DNA of 59,816 nt, counting the filler, from Sphacelaria rigidula (Eukaryota), in assembly GCA_964200075.2 (NCBI GenBank). It is 9 parts of 9 records of this genome, joined end to end, with 100 filler letters (N's around TTAATTAATTAA, not from the genome) between each part and the next. Parts side by side here need not be neighbours in the genome. Positions count along the whole stretch, not along the records: positions 46,603 to 53,159 come from CAXNAA020019360.1; positions 53,260 to 59,816 come from CAXNAA020019361.1; 7 more parts are not named here. One strand, given 5' to 3'. Below, in pieces: positions 50,147-59,816 of this stretch. A model generated the notes under the pieces. That model searched no databases and was not told the origin of the DNA. It saw only the letters and a list, made by a program, of their open reading frames with translations. Position numbers and translations under genes: made by a program. Position 1 is the first letter of the stretch; each line of letters begins with the position of its first letter.

Positions 50147-52392
50147 TCTAAACAAGACGTTCCCGGGAAGCGAGTATGACCAAACACGCATTGTGATTTG
50201 AAGCACACAACGCAAACTGCGCATGAATCGCACTCGTGGCCGACGAGGACACCATCTGTTATCTAGCCGGCCTACCGACGGACTCTCCTGAACAAGCCGC
50301 CGTCCCCAACAAGAGCAAATGAAATAAAATCGCGCAGACGGGACGGGGGGGGAATAGGAGGAGATATCTAAGCCGGAGTAACCTTTTTTTGGTTCGTAAA
50401 AGTATACCCATGTGCGATGCACTCCGAGATCACGCGAGCAGAAAAACGCTGCGGCGTGTGTATCCAGCCGCATTAGGAACCAAGGTTGAGCGCGTGGCGC
50501 AGTGAACAAAGTCACGATGACTATCTGTATAATGCTCTTCTGTTCGTTGGGTGGAGTGCAGCACTATCGCCACATACCGTCTGCCCACTATGCAGCTTTC
50601 CTTCGCAGCGAGAAAACTCCCGCTGTGTCGGCATCATGTATATGATATCGACAACCAACGCCGCGTTGGTATCACAGCATACTGACTTTCAACGTCACAT
50701 ACTGAGATGGCCGCACTTGCATGTATGTGAGATGTGCCTGTAACACTACTTGGGCTTCCATACCTTCACTCTGCCCTGTACCGAGATTACACTCGACATG
50801 TTCAATGACGCTAATTCCTAGTTTCGGTTGTGAACTCGATCGACAGTATTCACGTTAATTGAGGACACGCGGAGGGCCCCGAATTCATCACAGATCCACA
50901 TATTTCATGGTTTCACGAGACCGAAATCTGACCCAAAAACGGAGGCAGATGATTTCACGGGTAAGTAGGCGTTGGTGACGGGTGACGGAAATTTCGTTTA
51001 CCCGCACACTTTGAGGTCCGACATTGATGTACCATACGTGGCTAATAATGCTGCTAGGTCGGAGGTCTTCGGACTATCAATGCCTGGCTGTACTCGAGAG
51101 AAATGGGCATGGTATATCAACTCCGACCCAGGACACCCCTCGTCCCCATCGTGGGCTACGATGAAGAGTGAGGGGAACAACTGGCGATCAACAAACGTTT
51201 TCGGCCGTCTCTTCAGTATGTACGGATATGAACTAAACCTTGATAACGTGGAAGTGTTTGCCCACGCGAGAGCAGCCGAAGAGCGAGGAGTATTGGTTGT
51301 TGTTGGGGGTGGATGTTTGCTTTTGAGGCATGCAGACCCCTACAAAACAAAATTAGATCGCTTCGATGATCACATCTTGGCAGCAATGCCCTGGGAGCAA
51401 AGGGTGTGCCACGGGGCTCAATGTTTTTCGTAAGATTGAGAGTGAACGGCGGTCAATTGGTGAATGGATCGTTTCAGTACCAAAATGCCCCTCCACGAGG
51501 CCCGATATCCTTTCTTTAGAAGCTTGCAACTGAGGCCCTTCCTATTCCTGAGGAGGATATTGACGTGTAGCTGTAAGCACACGTCATTGATGAAGGCGAA
51601 GAAAAGCATGCACAGGATGATAAATGGCTACGTCAAAGCTGATTATCACAGCGATTCTCAGTCAGCGCTGTACTCTCAATCTAACGCAAAAAATGTCGTT
51701 GAGGATTGGTGACCGACTCTCATCAAACTGTTCATTATTTCACACCCCCGACGTTGAACTGTAAAGTGCCAATGCGTACTGCGTACAGTATGGAATCTTT
51801 CGCTTCTTGCAATAGGTGCGACAGTCGATATTACACGCAGTATACTTTTTGATCCAGGGTGCATTTTCGAGGAGAGTTCACGCGGTGCGGGCGTGGTGAC
51901 CGAATCCGCTACACCCTCAAAGCAAACTGTGTACCGGAGGAGGGATGGCTCGATCCCTTGAGACCAAGGACTCGTCCCGAATTTAACTTGGGTACATCTA
52001 CGATGTGAACACACCTGCTGGACCCCTGGGTGGTCTGGTAAAGTACGACAATCAATCAAATGAAATCAAGATGTCCTGAGCCCTTGGACCACGAGGGTAG
52101 TTCGTCTGGATAATACATAGCTTTCAAGTGAAATTGATGCCGATTCAACACCAGACCTACTCTCGCCACAAGAGGGTGGGTAGAGGTGGAGATACTTGTA
52201 AAAGGTGTCACCATGAACATGTGTAGCCCAACTCCGGTTAACTGGCCGACTACTATGACACATCGTGGTAATCGGCAACTCAGTGCTCGTCTTCACGTCC
52301 ACGTAGCACTCCGCTCCGACAAGGTCTCATCAAACGAAATACCAAACTGTAAAATAGTCCTGCCTTTCTCTGTAGCTTGCAGTCACAAGACA

Positions 52393-52778
52393 TATCTTTG
52401 GCGGGCACAGTCCGAGATTTTCGCCGGCCGGTTGTGATTGCGGTGCACGAGTTCCGTTTGAGCTTTCGTTGGGGGCGTATGTACGGTAGTCCTGAACCCT
52501 ATCAGTGTTCCGATCCTGTGGGCATGTGCGTTACCGCCAGTAGTTTATCCGTTGCTTGAAACAACCATCGATCACGCGACAAGCGTATCTTTGGCGAGCA
52601 CAATCCGAGATTTTCGCCGGCCGTTTGTGATTGCGGTGCACGTGTTCCGTTTGAGCTTTCGTTGGGGGCATATGTACGGTAGTCCTGGACCCTATTAGTG
52701 TTCTGATCCTGTGGGCATATGCGTTACCGCCAGTAGTGTATCCGTTGCTCGAACCAACCATCGATCACGCGACAAGCG
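52393..52778. repeat. 193-bp tandem duplication
   Basis: Units 52393-52585 and 52586-52778, each TATCTTTGGCG...CACGCGACAAGCG. Confidence 0.92.
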
Positions 52779-53159
52779 CCCGTTGGTGACGGAACGGAAG
52801 AGCCCAACTTGCTCGTGAGAGCAGCTTCGAGATCGGGGGAAGAGTAAGATGTTTCACAACCTCCCGCATCACAAAAGACCGACGCGTTGTGAGTTGTGAG
52901 TCCAGTTATTGTGTCGATGCGGAGAAACTCGGGTGCCATGTCCGGGGGAAAGGCGGGTGGTCGTTGTGGCGACCATGAACGGCAAATGAGCGGGGAAAGA
53001 GCCGAATGTGTGGACGCGATGGTTGGAGTTGGCGCGTAGACTGCCCGGCAGGGTGTAGAGAGCGATGGCCTAGCAGAGGTACGTTCTCGGCCGATTTGTG
53101 GCCCAGAAAAGGTACGATTAAAAAAGAATTCCTAGATGAGGTATACCTCGGCGAAATGT

Positions 53160-53259
53160 NNNNNNNNNNNNNNNNNNNNNNNNNNNNNNNNNNNNNNNNN
53201 NNNTTAATTAATTAANNNNNNNNNNNNNNNNNNNNNNNNNNNNNNNNNNNNNNNNNNNN
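53160..53259. other. Artificial contig linker
   Basis: N44-TTAATTAATTAA-N44. Confidence 0.99.
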
Positions 53260-53466
53260 AACAACGGTACTCCAGAAAAACTCAAAAAAAAAGACGACTA
53301 CGAATTCTGAAAACTTCTGACGCTGACTGCTATACGAGGAATGATCTTGAACGAGGTTCTGCACGGGATAGATGATGTCTGATGAACGTTGTGTGGTGTG
53401 GTACTGTAAAGAGACAGACTTACAGGAGGTTCGGGGCCCCTCCTGGTGAGGGGCACTCTTGAGGTT

Positions 53467-53722
53467 GACACTTTCTACGATAGCCCCCCCCCAGAACCAG
53501 CCCGAAAGCGCCACGAAAAAAATGACCATACAGCGCCTGATGTTTGGGTTCAGGCTGTATGAAGCGCCTCATAATGGCGACATTGGCTAGAACTAATCCA
53601 AGCGTGAGAATTCCCAGCTGCTCGTTGTGCTCGGCTTCTCCCATTTCGATTTACGTGAAGATTTTGCCTCTCAAAACCGTGCACTTTTTTTTTTAGGGGG
53701 GGGGGCTATCGTAGAAAGTGTC
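53467..53722. mobile_element. ~255-bp MITE with ~26-bp TIRs
   Basis: GACACTTTCTACGATAGCCCCCCCCC / GGGGGGGGGCTATCGTAGAAAGTGTC. Confidence 0.75.
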
Positions 53723-54888
53723 CACACATGTCCTACACCGGCGGTTCCGCCGTCGGCCTTCGTCCGAATTCCCATATTTCCGAACAACGTCCGGTAACAT
53801 ACGCGATGTTCTGTACAGCCACGATCACTACTGTACATTTAGATACAACGGACTTTCTTGACCATATATTTCGACTTGCGTCACCCCCGGGAGGCCCGTA
53901 CCAACCTCCCGAAGGAGAACCTTGTTTATAGTTAAAATACACATCTGAAGTGCTTTTGACCCCTCCTTCCCTCTCTCTCCCCCAGGACAGTGGTCCTGCC
54001 TTGCAATATCTGTCATCAGCCGTTGACTCAGCACTCCTGCGAACGGTCGACTACCCTGATCGAGTTGGCATATTTTTACTGATTTTTTATACGCTTCCAA
54101 CTCTTTACTCTAACGTTTTTTTATGAAAACCAGGGGGGAGATGTTAGATGTCACAGATACCGTTTTTCTCCTTCACCAGCTGCTGGCTTTTATTTTGTGT
54201 GTGTTGTTTGTTTCGGCCGATAAGTGCCATCTTCAAAAACCATTCTGTGTCTTTGCTTCGAGCGTGTTTAGCAGCACGATGTGCTCCCCTGAGGGCTTGC
54301 TCGAGTCCGTGCGATATCCTTGTATCCATGTGACATCTACAAGAGCTAATTCCGGGGTTCAACGCCCGCGCGTCGGGATTTCCTTCTTTTCAGGGGTACT
54401 CGGATCGTTCCGCACGGTGAGTATTCATCACTCTGGAAAGAAGAAGCACAGATAGTCTGCTTGTACCATGGCGAGTTGGGCAGCGCGGCGCTAATTACAG
54501 GGGCGGCAACCCTGGGTTGGAACTGGGTCCGATGGCTTAACAGCCTGAAGGACGCCGGGATTAGCTTTTGTTAGATGTCGCAGATACCACTGAGTTCAAC
54601 AGTCAGCGCTGACTAATAGCTCAGTGGACATGCTGTATATCTAACAGGAAAAACTACTTCTACTCCTTACCGTGGGGATTAGAACTCCGCAAAACCCACC
54701 AACCCACGCCATACTTATGAAATTGATACATCAACAACTCCGCTTTAGTACCTAACCACCCGAGCGCGGTCTGCTACAACCAACCGCTCGCGTGTAGATA
54801 TTGTTTCATCGTGTACGAACCCACATGAACCCGCCGATTGATCCGCCCGCCCCCGGCCCGTTCGAACTGCGTGACACGGGCACAACAG

Positions 54889-54957
54889 GTCATGTCGCTG
54901 CTAGCCCAAAGTTTCGGAGTGCAGCGCACCAACGAAGAATTTCTGGAATTTCTTGAG
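54889..54957 (+). CDS. Exon of a STAND-NTPase-like protein (VMSLLAQSFGVQRTNEEFLEFLE), GC donor
   Basis: CAACAG acceptor, 69 nt in phase 0 and a GAG|GCAAGT donor. Joins in frame to 56146. Confidence 0.65.
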
Positions 54958-55568
54958 GCAAGTGACCTTTGATGGCGTGACTCGCTCGGCGGACGGCCTG
55001 AGTGCGCTAAGATCGCAGTGTGATTCATCTACTGATTGATGGATAAATCGATCGGTCGGTTGAATATTTGACTTGGAAATCTAGCCGTGCAGGTGAAAGT
55101 CAGAAGATTGTCCCTAGGTCAAGTAGACGGGGAACTTCGCTGAAGAAAACTTCGAGGAATGAATGAGACAAAGAACGAAAGGAGAAAACGAACAGAACGA
55201 GCTGAAAATAAAAGAAGGAAGATGAAGGGCAGTAAAAGATCAAAGCAATACGTTTATATATCTAGGGGTTCCATCGGTTTACGTTCGTCACCTCGACCTC
55301 GTGACTTCGAAGCGGTTCAGTCAATAATATGAGAATGTTTTTACTATTCAATTGACCATACAAGCATGTAAGACTAAATCAATAAGGCGAAGGAATCAAA
55401 TTTGTCTTTAGTGCTTCTTTCACACGCACGCACACGCACACACACACACAGACGCGCACGGAAACACAAAGGTACACATACACGCACACCACGGAGTGTG
55501 ATACATACACGTGAATGCATTTTGCTCCTTGATTTTTGACGCGCACAAGACGGAGCCCCCCCCCCCCC

Positions 55569-56060
55569 ATTGTCCTCTGTGTGTCGACGGCGGTTGGCAA
55601 CGGCATTGTAGACCACGCCACTCACTGCGTAAGCTAGACAAGCAAGTTACCGTATTTTGTCGCTTGCTTTTTTTGTGGCAGCCACGATGGTCGAGTTAGG
55701 CCACATTGTGCGGGTGCGAGGACCTCAACTCCGCGCAAAGAGGATGATCGTACTGTGCTCAAATGATGAGACATCCATAAGGCAGTGTGTAACCCGGCTG
55801 TCTCGAGACGTGGCAATACCAAAAAAATGAAGCAACTCATTCGAGGCTGTCATCCACGCGCAAGATAATCGGTACGCTTCGAGTCGAACAATCGTAGCCG
55901 GATGTAGCTCACTCCTCATGCGACTCGCCCAACACATCACGGCGCTTCGCGCTTGGTGGCTGCGAGCCTAGTCCGACGAAACTCCGGCTTGCTCCGTCCC
56001 GGCTTCGTAGGGATGCAAGGTCGATGGTCCTATGACTTCGTTGTGCAAGATCATGAGTAC
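55569..56060 (+). mobile_element. Retroposon family B copy in an intron, between C tracts
   Basis: C13 at 55556-55568. The 3' end GATCATGAGTAC is followed by the C-rich tract 56060-56086. Confidence 0.7.
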
Positions 56061-56145
56061 CCCCGCCCGCCCGCCCCCGCCCCCCCTGTTCCCTTTCCCT
56101 TCCCTCCTTTCCCTTCCCCGTTTCAAACTGCTCCTACAAGCGCAG

Positions 56146-56283
56146 GGGACGGCGAAGGGCAATCCGCGTGACGTGATAAATACGATGCGAGACATGTTGA
56201 AGGAGAAGATTGTCGAAGTGGATGCTGACCTAGGGTCCGTCGTCATCCTCAAGGAGCTGTCGGAACACTCCCTCAACATCAAG
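56146..56283 (+). CDS. Exon of a STAND-NTPase-like protein (GTAKGNPRDVINTMRDMLKEKIVEV...), soluble adenylyl cyclase/MalT-type GxP helical domain
   Basis: Pyrimidine tract plus CGCAG acceptor and AAG|GTGAAC donor, 138 nt. GNP motif between amphipathic helices; the family call is by eye only. Confidence 0.65.
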
Positions 56284-58173
56284 GTGAACAAAGGCACACA
56301 TACTGTCGGGTGTCCTTCGGCTAGTGTTTGTAAGACTTCCCTCCTTCGGGGGGAATATTGTCCCTCTAAACGTCCATGCAGGATGGTTTGACGGAAGTTG
56401 TGCTTTTTTCACAGAAATATAAAATACAAATTCCACGTTACACCAAGGGTCTGTCAAAATATATATTTCCGGACACGTGGGCCCCAAGATTGAAAATTCA
56501 AGCTTTTGAGGGGCGGGGGGGGGGACCCAGCCTGCTGTCCCCTAGTTTTTTGCTGAGGCGTTGGCGGATGCGGTCAGCTGCCGTGTACAGAGATCCTTGG
56601 CAGGGGGACCGCTGAAATGACGGACACGCCGCCCCTCCAAGCTCATCACTTACCATGATTACACTTATGGGTTAATGTCCCGTGTAGTGTGCCTCGACTA
56701 CCTACCTACGAGTAGTCCGGGCAAATTTGGCGAGGCGTAAGATAATGTTACTACTTTGACTACAGGCTGTCGCTACCACGCGCTCGTGTCTTGTATATAG
56801 ATGTGTGTGAGCGTTGTCGGCATCCGAGGTCATCGGGACAGGGTGGGCAAAGAGCAGAAGCAAATATACGAACCTCGCAAAGCCCGCCAGACTTCTTGGT
56901 GTTCGTCGGTGTTTGTCGGTCAATTTCTTTCAACGATATGAACAAAAAATCACAAAAAAAACACGAATAAAAATCCAAAAAATCATGACAATTTCCAAAA
57001 AAATTGCCCTCCGGGCGGGGGGGAGGGGCTCCGTGTCCGAAAAACTTATCTCGACAGAACATTGGTAACACCGTGAAAATCCGAATATCTACGTAGTGGA
57101 GGTCCCGTAATACAGCGTGGTGTTGTTTGAATCCAGCGAGACGGGCAATCGCTCACACCAATTATCACCAAATCGCAGATCGTATGCTGGGTGTGAGCTC
57201 GTGTGATGCGCTTGACGCAACCTCACAACGACGATGATGACAGGAGATGTATGTACCGACCTGAATATCGTCATGGCATCATCACAAAAAACACTCGCTG
57301 AGTAACAATTTCCCCCCAAACATCCGCACAGGTAGTCGTTAGACTTTTCCCGCCCTTTGTTCCCCTTCTCCAGGCCATTCTCGACGACTTCTCAGCAAAA
57401 CGGTTCCATAGAGAGCGAAAAACGAACGCTCCTCATGCTTTGAATACATAAGACCGCCCTTCAGGCAGCAAAACCAATATCCCACGAGAGTAAAGGTGCG
57501 TGAAAAAAGCTTGGTTAGGCCCTGCAACGACAACCAGCACACAAAACAATCAATTTCCCCTGAGAGAACGCCAACAACCAAACAAGATCTTGGGGTCCAC
57601 ATAACCATACCTTGTCCATGCCGGTATCTATTCCCCAGCGAGTATGGAGGGCCGAAGCGCAGTCTTAGTATTCGGCGTGTACAACGTAACCAAAGACGTG
57701 CACGTTGCATGTTTACTTGTGTGTTCCATGATGTTGGTTATGTTAGCACCAACTAAAGACTAATTGTTTGAACGGGCTTGGATTTCGGAGGTGGTTGGAA
57801 TAGGGTAACACAAGCACTAGAGTATTCGGACGGTGTGTATATCCTGGGTACGCCGGAATACTGAGTGTTTTTTGCTGTCGATACTCTGGGTACTCTAGAA
57901 TACTGAGCATTTTGGGTAGTCGATACCGCGGGTAACCTAAAGTACCGAGTGCTCCGAAATATCCTGAAAATCCAGGGTACACCAGGGTACGTACCCTACA
58001 CTTATCACCTTTAGTTGATATCTACCGAACGTGGTCAACAAACAACAATTTGTTTGTCCTTCCTGTGTGCCGGTGCTACTGCTGGTCCTGTCCGATATGC
58101 ATGCCTTGGCTACGGGTGATCAATAACTAGGAAAGTGGTATTTAGTATCCTGCTCCCCCCCCTCCCCCCTTTC

Positions 58174-58300
58174 GGAACAAGTTGCAACAAATGCGTTGGC
58201 GAATGTTGGAGGTGTCTTTATTAGGAGTAGGAACGGTGCTCCGTCTCAAAAGGGATGCGTGGCCAATGGTCAAATGACTAAGGCAAGCTGAATATGAGAA
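58174..58300 (+). mobile_element. Family A retroposon 3' fragment with a ~19-bp C-rich target duplication
   Basis: Left flank C8-T-C6-TTT-C (58155-58173); right flank C7-TT-C7-TTT-C (58301-58320). Confidence 0.75.
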
Positions 58301-58854
58301 CCCCCCCTTCCCCCCCTTTCAAAACGCATGTGTTTTACAGTTATTTTTTATCCAGAAGAGACGTCGACAGTGATCTTTGGCTCCTGGTCATACCACAGCG
58401 TTGGACGGTTCGAAAAAGCGTTTGGTTAAGGTGCTTCGTGCTTTCGTGGCCTTTTTTTGCCCTCTTATGTTCGCCCACGACTTGTAAACGCGGTCGATAG
58501 GATGATGACGATACTCGGAAGTTAACCTACAATAAATACTGTACGAGCCAGCCGTTGATATTTCGCATACAACTTTGACATAAATACATACTTCTATGTT
58601 TAACTTCACCACCAAGCATACATGTCAAATGCGTCAGAAGGTATAGCCCCTCCCTGGTCTCACGTGCCCCCAGTGGCTCGGTATGCCTTGGCCGTTGATT
58701 TTCAAGGCCGATGTTGGACCCATAGAAAAAAAACGAGAGTTTGTTGTTGCTTGGGGACACGGAAGCAGCGATGACAGCTGCACGTGATTGACGTCAACCA
58801 GACAAGTTCAGGCAAATCTTCACGGACGACACTACGGTCGCGCACTATCGTACA

Positions 58855-59490
58855 ACATCCATATGGGATACGAATATCCATCTGGATTATCATACCTATG
58901 TGGGGTATCATATCTATCATATCCATCTGGGGTATCATATCCGTCTGCGATATCACACCCATCTGGGGTGTCATATCCATCTTGGATATCATGTCCATCT
59001 GCGCTATCATACCCATCTGAGACATAGATACCCATCTGGGGTATAGATACCCATCTGGGCTATCAACGTCCATCTGGAATATCCATCTCGGATGTCCACG
59101 TACACATGGGGTATGCTTTTGGGGTATCTATCTGGAATGTCAGATCCGCCTAGGTATCCATCTGGGACATTCCACCCTCAGCGTTAAAGGTAAGGGCCAG
59201 GGTTAAGATTAGGGTCAAGATTAGTGTTAGGTTTCCTGGATGAATATTCGCATCCCAGGTTCAAATTGACATCTCAGATGGATCGACATCGCAGACGGAT
59301 ATCTCAGGTGAACCCGCCAGGGCATGTCTCAGATAGATATCCTGAATGGATAGCCCGGCTGAATAATCCAAATGAATATTTCAGATGGATTCCCATTTCT
59401 CAAGTGAAGAACCCAAATGGACGTTCACATCCCAGACGGATACCCATGCCCCAGACGGATATCCCAGATGAGTGATATCCCAGATGGAGG
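58855..59490. repeat. Inverted arrays of CCATCTGG / CCAGATGG motifs around a degenerate TTAGGG core
   Basis: Forward motifs at ~58855-59166, GGGTTAAGATTAGGGTCAAGATTAGTGTTAGG at ~59200-59231, reverse motifs at ~59270-59490. Confidence 0.75.
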
Positions 59491-59816
59491 TTGCACGACG
59501 GTGCAGGCCTCCCCACGACGCAACCAGGCCAAAGCGGAAATCTAATCTCTTACAGGGGCAGTTTGCAGTGTACCCCCTTCGAGTCTATCGAGGTTGCGCG
59601 GTGGTGTCTGGGATCAGGCGAAGATTATCTAATTGCTGACGTCGGTCACCCAGAAAATTAACATCACTTGACGGCTGATCATGCATACCGACATCGATAA
59701 CTTGTAACATGTTGAAAATTTTCATATTTCCTCCCCGCTCTTGACTCCACTGTACCCCCTTTTACTTTTTATGTCCCTCATCGTCACGTTTATGGTGACC
59801 AGTGGATTAAGTTCAC

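Noticed and set aside
47677..50800. Possible decayed MULE transposase (HTTQTAHES and CAC...PC, SWIM-like)
   Set aside because: The motifs need several assumed frameshifts and no catalytic DDE could be traced.
58702..59073. Repetitive MDMIPQ / DGYD ORFs
   Set aside because: They are by-products of the CCATCTGG DNA motif array and are open in several frames on both strands.

Overview
This is not one locus. It is nine unrelated eukaryotic contigs of 6558/6557 bp (1-6558, 6659-13216, 13317-19874, 19975-26531, 26632-33188, 33289-39845, 39946-46502, 46603-53159, 53260-59816) joined by identical 100-bp artificial linkers (N44-TTAATTAATTAA-N44). The DNA is intron-rich and transposon-rich and looks stramenopile, probably brown-algal (inference). 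Host genes appear only as spliced exons: the 3' end of an ankyrin-repeat gene (contig 4), two exons of a GT20 trehalose-6-phosphate synthase (contig 5), and two exons of a STAND-NTPase-like (GxP) protein joined by a GC-AG intron (contig 9). Contigs 6 and 7 each hold a decayed Ty1/copia element. The second has a half-tRNAiMet primer-binding site and ends in a ~600-bp-arm fold-back. The rest is tRNA-derived SINEs, LINE 3' ends with different microsatellite tails, and piggyBac-, Harbinger- and CMC-like MITEs. The most unusual signal is two related non-LTR retroposon families (9 copies on 5 contigs) that end directly at C-rich tracts and are often flanked on both sides by duplicated poly(C)/poly(G) tracts, suggesting poly(C:G)-targeted insertion. 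Element boundaries were read by eye and are approximate unless a TSD or splice site is quoted.
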